A DNA stretch of 64,000 nt from an uncultured archaeon (lineage in GTDB: Archaea > Aenigmatarchaeota > Aenigmatarchaeia > CG10238-14 > SCSR01). The notes under the pieces are model-generated. The model was given only the letters and a program-made list of their open reading frames with translations, ran no database searches and was not told the DNA's origin. A program made the position numbers and the translations under genes. Positions 9,945 to 19,988 of the stretch are shown one piece after another. The stretch lies in NCBI GenBank assembly GCA_964570195.1, contig CAZMWU010000001.1:7433-71432 (forward strand), in the 5' to 3' direction. Position 1 is the stretch's first letter; each line of letters opens with the position of its first letter.

Positions 9945-11078
9945 CTAAAATATTTTATTATCCAATTCATCTAATTTTGTTATTAACTCTTTCTTTAATT
10001 TCGTGAATATATTTATTTCCTTTCCAAATAAATTATTTTTCTCAGACGGGTCATTAAGGATATTATATAACTCATAAGTATTTTTATCTTTATTAAATAT
10101 AAGTTTCCAATCACCTTCTATAATACAAAAAATGTTATGTTCACTTTTTGATATTTTTTCTTTATTTATCCTTCCAGTTTCACAAAACACTTTTCTATTT
10201 TTATTTTCTGTACCAGATATAAAACTCATAAGGGATATACCATCTAACGGTTCATAGGAATCATCGATTTTTATATTCAATAAATCTAATACAGTGGGCA
10301 ATACATCTACACTTCTTACCATATATTTAATTTCTTCAGAATATGATTTAGGTAAACATATCACACAAAAAGTGTTGATAGTATAATTATATAGATAACA
10401 ACCATACATTTTCTCACCAAATTTCTCCCCATTACTAGTTCCATGGTCCGATAAAAGTATCACAATAGTATTATTTCTAAGATTTAATTCATTAATAGAA
10501 GAAAATACTGTTTTTATATAATTATCAGCCTCTTGTATGTATTGATTATATTCTTTTATGTTATCCTCAAATCTGTCGAAGTATTCCTTACTAAAATCAT
10601 TATATTTTTTCCCTATATGCTTACCAGTATTTCGATGAATATGTGCAGGTTGCAAATGTAGAAAAAACTTCCCCTTTTTTGCGACTTCTTCAATAAGTTT
10701 TATTGAACTTTTATCTATATCATCTTTATTTTCATCATAAACATGTATTTTATCAAAACCTTGATGAGGTATTATTGAATCATTGTAGATTTCTGCTGTC
10801 GTATAATACCCTTCATCATGTAAATACTCTGTAATTGTTTTACAAACATCTTTTTTAAATTTAAACATATTAAAGTAAGAATTTACCCCATTCTTCGATG
10901 GGTATATTCCAGAAAAAATAGCATGCATAGAAGCTATGGTATATGGTGTTGCAGTAATCATATTTGAGAAGAAATAATTATTCTTCGCAATAGAATAAAG
11001 GAAAGGACATAATTTTATTCTATCTCTCCTTAAACCATCAATAGTGATCAAAATAATATTGTAATCTACCGAACTCAT
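9945..11078 (-). CDS. Sulfatase-like (AlkP superfamily) protein
   Basis: ITIDGLRRD, TPYTIASMHAIFSG, LSDHG, DVLPT and ELYN...DPSEKNNL motifs. Confidence 0.85.
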   Translation of the reverse strand: MSSVDYNIILITIDGLRRDRIKLCPFLYSIAKNNYFFSNMITATPYTIASMHAIFSGIYPSKNGVNSYFNMFKFKKDVCKTITEYLHDEGYYTTAEIYNDSIIPHQGFDKIHVYDENKDDIDKSSIKLIEEVAKKGKFFLHLQPAHIHRNTGKHIGKKYNDFSKEYFDRFEDNIKEYNQYIQEADNYIKTVFSSINELNLRNNTIVILLSDHGTSNGEKFGEKMYGCYLYNYTINTFCVICLPKSYSEEIKYMVRSVDVLPTVLDLLNIKIDDSYEPLDGISLMSFISGTENKNRKVFCETGRINKEKISKSEHNIFCIIEGDWKLIFNKDKNTYELYNILNDPSEKNNLFGKEINIFTKLKKELITKLDELDNKIF

Positions 11079-11079
11079 T

Positions 11080-11733
11080 TTAACCCATTTTTTGTAATAT
11101 TAAAAATATTCTTTCTCTAGCATTAACAGGATAATCTGAAAATATCTTCTTTTCTTTTATTATTTTGAAATTCTTTTTTAGAATCTTATATTTTGAGTTC
11201 CATGTTCCTTCAAGTATATCTGATGCTTGACTTTCAAAGAACAGATACCCATCTTTCACCATCAATGAAGATATTTTTTTAATATAATCCATAAAAGATA
11301 ACTTAGACAAGCCATCTGCAACATCATCAGCCGCAAAAGAAAAAACTACTTCATATGTTTTTCTAGTTTCATATTTTTCAAATCCTATTGGATGAAAATC
11401 AACATTTTTTATTTTTAAATATGTTTTAACTTCATTACCTATAGCTACTAAAAAAGGATTTATTTCTATACCATCAATAGAATTGACATCTGGTGATAAT
11501 TTCAAGTCTATAAAACCACAGTTACATCCAATATCTAAAATGTTGTAATGTTTTTTCATATTCTTTTTTAATTCATATTCTTTAATTCTAGCTTCTGTAT
11601 TTCTTTGACCTTTAATTTTAAGTTCATCAAATGATTGATATAAATCGCCTAATCCGTAGATTAAATAATTCCATCCTTTTTTTTGTTGTTCTAAGTGGAA
11701 TTTTATTTTTTTAAGTAATTCTTCATTGTTCAT
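11080..11733 (-). CDS. Class I SAM-dependent methyltransferase
   Basis: ILDIGCNCG motif I. Confidence 0.8.
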   Translation of the reverse strand: MNNEELLKKIKFHLEQQKKGWNYLIYGLGDLYQSFDELKIKGQRNTEARIKEYELKKNMKKHYNILDIGCNCGFIDLKLSPDVNSIDGIEINPFLVAIGNEVKTYLKIKNVDFHPIGFEKYETRKTYEVVFSFAADDVADGLSKLSFMDYIKKISSLMVKDGYLFFESQASDILEGTWNSKYKILKKNFKIIKEKKIFSDYPVNARERIFLILQKMG

Positions 11734-11798
11734 TTTTCCACCCTCTAGAAGAGACTTTCCTTACATGAAATTTATATACATTTTCTTTAATGAAAATC

Positions 11799-11888
11799 TT
11801 AATCAAGGTATCCTAAACTTCGAAGCCTTTTCTTAACTTTATCTTCCTCTTCTAATAGGGACTCATCATCCTTTGTATTTTCTACCAT
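11799..11888 (-). CDS. 29-aa micro-protein MVENTKDDESLLEEEDKVKKRLRSLGYLD (stand-alone AlkP/sulfatase 'LGY' tail)
   Basis: Translated by hand; GAGGTGA SD 6 nt before the ATG; ends in the RLxxLGYLD motif. Could instead be the frameshifted tail of the adjacent remnant. Confidence 0.6.
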   Translation of the reverse strand: MVENTKDDESLLEEEDKVKKRLRSLGYLD

Positions 11889-12075
11889 TACCACTCACCT
11901 CAAACCATGGTATTTCTCTTATTTCTTTTATTTTAATACCACTTTGATGTCGTATAAGTAAATATTCTCCATAACATTCTTCATGATCGCTTGTACTTAT
12001 AGTTTTCCCTTTCAAAATTGGCAATAGTTCTTTAACATAGTCCAATACTAATACAAGGTTTCTCTCATAAAACAT
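11866..12075 (-). pseudogene. C-terminal remnant of an AlkP/sulfatase-like gene
   Basis: YERNLVLVLDYV...TSDHEECYGE...H..G....EIPW resembles the T(A/S)DHGE..GE...H....VPW tail; the N-terminal catalytic part is missing. Confidence 0.6.
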
Positions 12076-12182
12076 TTCAGATGCACGCTTATAAATAATT
12101 ATACAAAAAGTTTAAACACCTTTCTCAATACTAACGTTAATACATCTAGGAGATAGTTTTTACTTTCTAATTCTAGCAATCA

Positions 12183-12716
12183 TTAATCTAATTTAATAGC
12201 TTCTAGTCTTACACGTCTGTAAGACATTCTTCTATTTAATACTCTAAATAATAAATTACTGAAAAATCTTATCACATCTTTAATAGTGTTCATACTAATG
12301 GGTTCTTTATAATATGTTAAATTGCATTTTTTGAAACCGGCCGATTCTGCAAGATTTCTCAAATGAGGAAGTTCAAATAACATATAATGTTTATCTTCAA
12401 CACCCTTTTTTATAACATCATATTTTAATGCATGCTCTTTCAGAAAAGTCCATGCCCAATAGTGTGCGTTATCTGTGATTGAACTTAAATGGCCTCCATT
12501 TTTCAATACCCTATGCATTTCTTTTAATGCGAATCCAGGATTAGTTAAATGCTCTAACAAATTTTTTGAATAAACAACATCGAAATAATTACTTCTAAAT
12601 GGCAGTTTTTCTGCATCTATATTGCATTTTACAACTTCTTTTCGTGAAGGGTATAAATCAACAAAATGTGTTCCATAAGTATCATCTCCACAGCCAACAT
12701 TAAGAATTCTAGCCAT
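12183..12716 (-). CDS. Class I SAM methyltransferase (Methyltransf_11-like)
   Basis: LNVGCG, LPF, LEHL..P and RVLKNGG motifs. Confidence 0.85.
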   Translation of the reverse strand: MARILNVGCGDDTYGTHFVDLYPSRKEVVKCNIDAEKLPFRSNYFDVVYSKNLLEHLTNPGFALKEMHRVLKNGGHLSSITDNAHYWAWTFLKEHALKYDVIKKGVEDKHYMLFELPHLRNLAESAGFKKCNLTYYKEPISMNTIKDVIRFFSNLLFRVLNRRMSYRRVRLEAIKLD

Positions 12717-12805
12717 AACATATTTAACAGACTCTTTTAAATTAATAGATATTTCTTAAACTTGTAGAAACGACAAAATATAAAGCATTTAACTGTTTCA
12801 TATAA

Positions 12806-13957
12806 ATGAAATTCATGAAAATAGTTCATATAACTAAAGGGTATCCACCTAGTGTAGGTGGAATAGAGCAATATACTTATGATATAGCAAACGCTTTAAA
12901 TAATGACAACGATGTTTTTATTTTGGATACTAATTCGAATTTATTCTCTATCGAGAAAGTCAATAAAATTAAAGTAATTAGAACCAAGAAGTTTTTCGAT
13001 TTTTTACATGCGCCTATTAATTTACCATTCTTTCATATACTTAACCAAATACGACCTGACATTATTCACATTCATATACCAAATCCTTTAAATGAGTTTT
13101 ATTTATTAATATACCTTTTACTTAAGGGGAAGAAGACAGTTATAGCGACTTATCATGCAGATATACCCGATTATACTTTTTTACATAAGCTTCTCTCATT
13201 TTTACGATTATTTTACATGATTCCACTTATGAAGTTTTTTGATACTATAATTGCAACTAGTAAAAATTATACTGAAGTCTCTACTCTTTTGAAAAAATTC
13301 AAAGAGAAAACCAAGGTTATACCAATCGGATCAGATACTAATCTAAAAACAGTCTCCACCAATAAATTAAAAATGAAATATAAAATTAAAAATGAAAAAA
13401 TCGTTCTTTTTGTAGGAAGATTCTCTACTTATAAAGGTCTAGAATATCTGGTCTACTCAATTCCAAAAGTAATAAAATCATATCAAAATGTAAAATTTAT
13501 TTTGAGCGGGGATGGTGAAAGATTAGGTGAATTGAAACAACTGGCTGAGAAATTACACATCGAGGATAAAATTATTTTCACAGGTAAAGTAGATTATAAG
13601 ATAAGAAATACCTTTTATAAGATTTGTAATATGTTTGTTTTACCCAGCATTAACTTAGGAGAAGCCTTTGGAATTTCTTTGTTGGAAGCAATGAACTTCG
13701 GTAAACCGTTAATAACCACTAACGTAAAGGGAAGTGGCATGAATTCAATAAATAAACAATTTATTACCGGTTTAGTTGTTGAACCTAGGAATTCAACACA
13801 GTTAGCGTCTTCGATAGTCAAACTTCTGAAGGATGATAAGCTTTGCATAAAACTAGGAAATAATTCTAAAAAAAGATTTTTGAGTTATTTTACCAAAGAT
13901 AAAATGATAACAACAACTTTAAAATTATACAAGTCTATGGTCAAACAGAGTAAATAA
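12806..13957 (+). CDS. GT4 glycosyltransferase
   Basis: YPPSVGGIE, FVGR...YKG and EAFGISLLEAM motifs. Confidence 0.9.
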   Translation: MKFMKIVHITKGYPPSVGGIEQYTYDIANALNNDNDVFILDTNSNLFSIEKVNKIKVIRTKKFFDFLHAPINLPFFHILNQIRPDIIHIHIPNPLNEFYLLIYLLLKGKKTVIATYHADIPDYTFLHKLLSFLRLFYMIPLMKFFDTIIATSKNYTEVSTLLKKFKEKTKVIPIGSDTNLKTVSTNKLKMKYKIKNEKIVLFVGRFSTYKGLEYLVYSIPKVIKSYQNVKFILSGDGERLGELKQLAEKLHIEDKIIFTGKVDYKIRNTFYKICNMFVLPSINLGEAFGISLLEAMNFGKPLITTNVKGSGMNSINKQFITGLVVEPRNSTQLASSIVKLLKDDKLCIKLGNNSKKRFLSYFTKDKMITTTLKLYKSMVKQSK

Positions 13958-13961
13958 AATT

Positions 13962-15593
13962 CTAATTATTTGTAGTGTTTTGTATTACTTTAAATATTGA
14001 GATTTCTCTTACTTCTTCACCATTTCTGTAAGAAAAAACATGTTGTTCGAATGTTTTTATCGGTTCTAAGTATAGTATTGAGTTATTCAATATATATACA
14101 TACTCAGCCCTGTCGACAATATAAGCAATGTTTTTACTTAGAATATAATTCTCAATGTTATGAACTTTTCTCGCTTCTAGAGCTTCAGGATTCATAACAC
14201 CATCAAGATTTATAATGTCATGATTTGGTGTGTAATATTGATAAACGCCTGTGTTGAATGCACCTATAATTACATCAGACGGAATATTATCAGTTATGAA
14301 GTTTGCAGCTTCCCATTTCAGTTTTTCTTCTGGACCGTTACCTCTATTATAATGTACTACACCACCGTTAACAAAAGCTACCACCATACCACCAATTAAA
14401 ACAAAGGTCAACAGACTTCCAATATTCGCAGGTTTTACTATTTGACCTAATCTAATAATCATTATAGATACAATAATTGTCATCAGAAAACTTGTGTAAA
14501 GTGAATACCAATCTCTTAAAGCAAATTGATAAAACCAGTAAAATGAAAAGTAAGCAATAGTAGATATAATTAAGAAATTCAGCCTATTTAACAGTTTAGG
14601 TAAAAACTTATCTCTTTTCACAAGAAGTAGAACTGCTGGAATTACCAATGCTAAAAATACTATTATTATGCCTTGCATGGTAGTATGTGCACTTCGCAAG
14701 AAAAATCTCGCTACAAATCCCATTGTCTGATAAATCGGTGGTTTAATGAGGTCCAAATAAGGTTTCTCGGTCAATGTATGACCAGCCACAGCATTTAGAT
14801 GCACAGCTTCACCACTTATAGGTATAATTCTGCCTAACTCAATAAAATTCCATAATAACCACGGCAAAGCAACTAGAGAAGCTGTAATAATTATAGCTAT
14901 TAAATCAGGTTGTCTTGCTAAATTAACTAAATTATTTATTTTAAAATTTTTATTAGAGAGTTTTCTTAAAATAATAGCCACAACTACACCAAATCCGACA
15001 AAAACACCGTCCAGTCTGCTTAAAAAAACAAACCCGAGTAGTAATCCAATTAAAATAGCCTGTTTAATAGAAAAGTTAGTTATTTTTTCTTTCGCCAACA
15101 AGTAGTAAGTTAGTAAAGATAAAAAAAATATCTGAAGAGCCACTTCTAATCCTATAAACGATACAAAAAAAACTTGAGGGTTAAAAAGCCAAATAAATGC
15201 TGCTAAGAGACCTGCCTTTTTATTATAGAGTTTACTTACAATTGAATATAAAATTATAGATGTGGATACAGTTAAAAAAGCTATTACAACCAGAGAGATG
15301 TAAATGGGTATGTTAATTCCAAATCCATAAAATATCTTAAAAATCGGTATTAGTATAGCAAGATTATAGAGTGGGTGAAACCCATTTGTTGGTATGTTTT
15401 CATTGAAAACTATACCTTTACCATCTATTATATTTTGTGTTATTGAATAGGCATAATAAGTATCGTCAAGTAGAAATTTGCTTAAAAGAATGTCTATAGG
15501 TTGAAAAACCATTAATAACATAAACGTTAGAGCCAATACAGTAAACGTAATCAATATCCTTTCGTATAAACCAATTCTCAAATGTAATATCAT
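13962..15593 (-). CDS. GT-C (PMT_2/ArnT-like) multi-TM glycosyltransferase
   Basis: DDTYY luminal motif, TNGFHPL, RLDG, NLDGVMN; many TM helices. Confidence 0.75.
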   Translation of the reverse strand: MILHLRIGLYERILITFTVLALTFMLLMVFQPIDILLSKFLLDDTYYAYSITQNIIDGKGIVFNENIPTNGFHPLYNLAILIPIFKIFYGFGINIPIYISLVVIAFLTVSTSIILYSIVSKLYNKKAGLLAAFIWLFNPQVFFVSFIGLEVALQIFFLSLLTYYLLAKEKITNFSIKQAILIGLLLGFVFLSRLDGVFVGFGVVVAIILRKLSNKNFKINNLVNLARQPDLIAIIITASLVALPWLLWNFIELGRIIPISGEAVHLNAVAGHTLTEKPYLDLIKPPIYQTMGFVARFFLRSAHTTMQGIIIVFLALVIPAVLLLVKRDKFLPKLLNRLNFLIISTIAYFSFYWFYQFALRDWYSLYTSFLMTIIVSIMIIRLGQIVKPANIGSLLTFVLIGGMVVAFVNGGVVHYNRGNGPEEKLKWEAANFITDNIPSDVIIGAFNTGVYQYYTPNHDIINLDGVMNPEALEARKVHNIENYILSKNIAYIVDRAEYVYILNNSILYLEPIKTFEQHVFSYRNGEEVREISIFKVIQNTTNN

Positions 15594-15657
15594 CTAGATC
15601 CCATGAGAATAGTATGAAAATAGATATAAATTAGTCTTCTATATTAATCTAACCAAA

Positions 15658-16593
15658 ATGTCAATTTTTAAAACTAGAAACATTTTTATTCTTTTTGTCT
15701 TATCAATTATTGCCTTTTCCATAATGGTGTTTATCGGAGATTATAATGAAATTATCAAACAATTATCTAAAGTCAACATAGTTGTTTTGTTTATCATGAT
15801 TCTATTGACATTCGGTAATCAACTATTAAGATTTTTAAAATGGCAACTATTTTTAAACGTATTAGCTATACGTGTAAACTTCATTCAATCTTTTATGATC
15901 TTTCTTTCTGGATTTTCTATGGGATTAACACCAGGAAAAATAGGTGAAACGGTAAAATCATATTTATTATATAAAAAATATAATACAGATATCAGCAGAT
16001 CGGTTCCAATAATTTTGGTAGAAAGATTAACTGATTTAATTGGATTAATTATTTTATCTTTATTGGGGTTTTATTTCTTATTCTCGTCATTCTATTATAT
16101 CGTATTTATAATGCTTATTTTAATTGGAGCAATTTTATTAACCACTAATAAAAATGTCTTCAATAAATTAGAAAATGTATTATCTAGAATAAATTTAATT
16201 AAAAAATACTTAAGTAGTATCAAAATATTTCATAATAGCCTCAAAACATTATTGTCACCTAAAAGTATGGTACTATCAATTGCTTTATCTATAGTTTCAT
16301 GGAGCTTAGAAGGAGTTGCACTGTATTTCTTAATAAGTAGTTTAGGTATTGATGTTAATATTCTGTCAATAGTTTCTGTATATTCATTTTCCAGTATAGT
16401 TGGAGCCTTGGCAATTATACCTGGAGGCATTGGGGTTACCGAGGGCAGTTTGCTTTCATTATTACTGTTATTAAACATTCCTCTAAGTATAGCAAGTTTA
16501 TCTACTATAATAATACGATTAACAACATTATGGTTTGGCATAACCATAGGTATGAGTAGTTTATTCATTGCCTTTCGAAAGCAGCTTAAATAG
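15658..16593 (+). CDS. Lysylphosphatidylglycerol synthase TM / UPF0104 flippase-like protein
   Basis: RFLKW, TPGKIGE, ERLTD and PGGIGVTEG motifs. Confidence 0.88.
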   Translation: MSIFKTRNIFILFVLSIIAFSIMVFIGDYNEIIKQLSKVNIVVLFIMILLTFGNQLLRFLKWQLFLNVLAIRVNFIQSFMIFLSGFSMGLTPGKIGETVKSYLLYKKYNTDISRSVPIILVERLTDLIGLIILSLLGFYFLFSSFYYIVFIMLILIGAILLTTNKNVFNKLENVLSRINLIKKYLSSIKIFHNSLKTLLSPKSMVLSIALSIVSWSLEGVALYFLISSLGIDVNILSIVSVYSFSSIVGALAIIPGGIGVTEGSLLSLLLLLNIPLSIASLSTIIIRLTTLWFGITIGMSSLFIAFRKQLK

Positions 16594-16599
16594 CATACA

Positions 16600-17295
16600 T
16601 TAATTTAATATATCCTTCTTTGACATCACGAACACATGGAATGCAGTTTTACAATACAGAAAATTTCTTAAGAATGTATTTGAAGAATACCCTTCTTGCC
16701 GTTTTCTCCATAAACCATCAACCTCTTTTATACTACACCCTAACCTTATTGGTTTTAGAATAGTTTCTAATAAGAATGGATGTTTTAATTCTTCCCAATT
16801 TATCTTTTTTATTAAACTGCTTCTAAATATTCTATATCCGTATGTCAAATCTGTTAGATTTATTTTATACATCTTTTGCAACATGATTTGAAAAATCTTA
16901 TTCAGTAACAATTTAAATATCCCATATCCTTTAAAACTATTTTTTCTGCGCCATCTACTTACAGTAACAATATCGTAGTCTTTTATGTATTTTATCATTT
17001 TTGGTAAAATTTTTGGGTCAGTTTCCAAATCACTAGCCATTAATACAGTATATTTTTGTGAACTCTTTTCAAAGCCGTTCCTTATCGCACCACCAAGAAA
17101 TGGTAGAGTCTGTGCAATAATCTTTATTTTGCTATTTACAGCAAGTTCATTAGAAATTATTTTACTTTCCTTAGTCGTTTTTTCTTTATCTATTATTATA
17201 AGTATTTCTTTGATTTCTTTGATTTTAAGTAAATAGTCAACAGTTTTAATTAGAGAATTAGTTTCATTGATAACTGGTAATAATACTGATAGCAT
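16600..17295 (-). CDS. GT2 glycosyltransferase (Dol-P-sugar synthase-like)
   Basis: LPVINE, LGGAIRNG, SDLETDP and DLTYGYR motifs. Confidence 0.85.
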   Translation of the reverse strand: MLSVLLPVINETNSLIKTVDYLLKIKEIKEILIIIDKEKTTKESKIISNELAVNSKIKIIAQTLPFLGGAIRNGFEKSSQKYTVLMASDLETDPKILPKMIKYIKDYDIVTVSRWRRKNSFKGYGIFKLLLNKIFQIMLQKMYKINLTDLTYGYRIFRSSLIKKINWEELKHPFLLETILKPIRLGCSIKEVDGLWRKRQEGYSSNTFLRNFLYCKTAFHVFVMSKKDILN

Positions 17296-17302
17296 TTCAA
17301 TC

Positions 17303-18355
17303 TCACTTTTTAATTGACTCTAACCATATATTATAACCTTCTTTGACATCTTTGAAGTTATCTGACAACTTATTTATTAGTTCCATAGTGCAATCAAAAT
17401 AGTTATTTCCAGTAAGTTCAATGTTTCGCAGCTCACTTATAAAAGCTGGTGTTCTTTCCATCCCATCAATCTCATCTTTCAAGTCTTTAATGGTGTCATG
17501 CGGATTTCTTTGTTGCACTACAATAGGATAACCGTATGATACGGAATGTCCAAGATGGTCAGCAATTTTTTTTACAATAAAACTTGCCCATATATCATCG
17601 TATCTTTTTTGACTAGGATTGAGGAAAAATGCTGGTATGGCTTCTCTAGCAATGGCAGTATTTTGTGTATTAAATGGACACCATGTACTTTCCGATAAGG
17701 CAAATTTTTTGCCAAACGATTCTTTAAATTTCGTAACATTAAGTTCACCAAAATTTAACCATGAAATTGCATCCGTGTCAGGAGACTTTGTCCACAAACC
17801 AGCATTTACTATTATTTTTGATTGTTTCGTTGATATATTTACATTAGTCGATTTACGTTGGTTAATAGGGTATCCTCTATGAAAAAAATGTCTATTTTTT
17901 TCTTCCTCCAAAGTTTCACAAACATTATACCATCCATGATCAGTAGAGATGTGTTTTAATTCAACTATATTTCCTACTATTGAATGGTGTTTTAAATAAT
18001 CTTCTTCCCCAACTAGATTATCATCGTCGATTGTGATTATTATATCCGAATTTAGATTATAAGCAAATAATACTGCAAAATTTCTTCTTTGAATGCAATT
18101 AAATGGTATATAGTTATAAAGTTCTGTGTTGATTTTTTCTTGCTCAACCAAATCTAAATAAAATGTTTTATAACTATATGTAGATTCTAGGGTTTTACAA
18201 AAATCGATTATTTCAACAGGAGTTTTCTTATCACCTGCTATAACAAAAATTACATCGTTCCAACCAAATTTTTTAAAATTCGATGCATATTCATTTAACA
18301 AATAAGGTATGTTTATAGTAGTAGTTATCACTGCTATTTTCATAATTTTTGCCAA
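17303..18355 (-). CDS. GT75/RGP (UDP-arabinopyranose mutase)/STELLO-like protein
   Basis: RRNF...IITIDDDN, RGYP, GLW...PD.DAI, RYDDIWA...DHLG and QRNPH motifs. Confidence 0.7.
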   Translation of the reverse strand: MAKIMKIAVITTTINIPYLLNEYASNFKKFGWNDVIFVIAGDKKTPVEIIDFCKTLESTYSYKTFYLDLVEQEKINTELYNYIPFNCIQRRNFAVLFAYNLNSDIIITIDDDNLVGEEDYLKHHSIVGNIVELKHISTDHGWYNVCETLEEEKNRHFFHRGYPINQRKSTNVNISTKQSKIIVNAGLWTKSPDTDAISWLNFGELNVTKFKESFGKKFALSESTWCPFNTQNTAIAREAIPAFFLNPSQKRYDDIWASFIVKKIADHLGHSVSYGYPIVVQQRNPHDTIKDLKDEIDGMERTPAFISELRNIELTGNNYFDCTMELINKLSDNFKDVKEGYNIWLESIKK

Positions 18356-18446
18356 CGTTCACTATCAAGACCTTATTTATTTAACTTTATAAATTTATTT
18401 TAATACTTTCTTAAGACAGATTTGATAATGTTTTTAATATAGCATT

Positions 18447-19985
18447 GTGAGTAATTTGGTAAATAACAAGCATCCGATAAGAACAAAGCTAATTTCCAAT
18501 ACAATTTTTATCGCTCTTGAATGGATTTTTACAACTGTCTTTTCATTCCTTTACTGGTTTATAATTGGAAAGTCACTATTTCCAGATGATTTAGGTAAAA
18601 TTACCATTTTTATTAATTTAACAGTAATGATTTCGGCGTTTTTACCACTAGGTACAGGATACGCTCTTAATAAACTTATACCAGAATACATCGGACGAAA
18701 TCAATTAGGTAAGATAACATCTGCTATTAGGTTTACGTTAAAATTAATTATGATTACCACTTTAATCACAGCAGCTATTATAATAGCATCATCCAACGTA
18801 ATTTCGAATATTTTAAAAATACCACAATTTTTGGTTTTTCTATTACCTATAAGTTTATTTTTCTATGCTATTTTCAACCACCAGTCAAATATAATGCTAG
18901 GATTTCAAGATACTAAAAAATTAGCTATAACATCTACGATTGGAATTATGTTAAAAGTTTTAATTACTACCGTTTTGATTTTTTTCAACATTAAATTTTT
19001 AGGTCCAATAATAGGTTTTATAGTATCTTCTTTCTTTATGTTTTTAACTCGAATTAATTACCTATTTTATAATAAAAACCCCATCAGAATTAACGGCAAA
19101 AATATTTTAATAACTTTTGGACTATCTGCACTTTCATTGAAAATAGCTTTTCTTTTACTAAATAGTAGTCCAGCATTAATTTTAGCTTTGTTTCATAGTC
19201 CAGAGGTAGTTGGTATATTTGGTGTAGCAATGTTACTATCAAGTCAACTTAGTATAATACCATTAATATTTTCTTCTGCGTTGTTTCCAATAACATCATT
19301 GCTCTCTATAAAGAGAAACAACAAAAAACAACAAACATATCTTATAAATCTAATACTTAGATATTCACTTCTTGTTTCAATACCAATTCTCACTTTTATT
19401 ATACTATTCTCTGGAAAATTGATTGTATTTATTTCTCAAGTTTCGTATTTACCTGGTAAACCATTAATTCCAATTTTGGCTTTTGGTTCTTTGTTACTCG
19501 GCACATCTTTTATATTTATAAGAAGTCTCTATGCCATAGGTAAGCCCGAAATCCAGCAAAATTTGATGATATTCACATCGCTCGTCTATATAATTCTTTC
19601 CTTCCCTTTAACTTATTTATTTTCTGCTTTAGGGATTTCAATCGCTTATTTCATCTCTTCCTTAATTTTATTTGGTGCAGGTTTTATCTATCTACGAAAG
19701 ATTCTAAGATTTAGCATACCTTTTAAAAATACAATAAAACTTATTTTCGCCAACATTATTTCGTTAGGTGTTTTATTCATTTTATCAAAATTTGCACCAA
19801 ACATTACTATTGGATTCCTTTACACGATTCTAACTGGTGTATTTTATTTATTTCTATTATTATTTCTTCGATTTTATACTAAAGATGACATAATTTTGGC
19901 GAGAGGTTTGATTAAATATATCCCTTTCGGGAAAAAAGTAATAACAAATATCATAAATTCACTTTCTAAATTTATTGAGAAATAG
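18447..19985 (+). CDS. Wzx/MOP-family oligosaccharide flippase
   Basis: About 14 TM helices; position inside the glycosylation locus. Confidence 0.82.
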   Translation: MSNLVNNKHPIRTKLISNTIFIALEWIFTTVFSFLYWFIIGKSLFPDDLGKITIFINLTVMISAFLPLGTGYALNKLIPEYIGRNQLGKITSAIRFTLKLIMITTLITAAIIIASSNVISNILKIPQFLVFLLPISLFFYAIFNHQSNIMLGFQDTKKLAITSTIGIMLKVLITTVLIFFNIKFLGPIIGFIVSSFFMFLTRINYLFYNKNPIRINGKNILITFGLSALSLKIAFLLLNSSPALILALFHSPEVVGIFGVAMLLSSQLSIIPLIFSSALFPITSLLSIKRNNKKQQTYLINLILRYSLLVSIPILTFIILFSGKLIVFISQVSYLPGKPLIPILAFGSLLLGTSFIFIRSLYAIGKPEIQQNLMIFTSLVYIILSFPLTYLFSALGISIAYFISSLILFGAGFIYLRKILRFSIPFKNTIKLIFANIISLGVLFILSKFAPNITIGFLYTILTGVFYLFLLLFLRFYTKDDIILARGLIKYIPFGKKVITNIINSLSKFIEK

Positions 19986-19988
19986 TTC

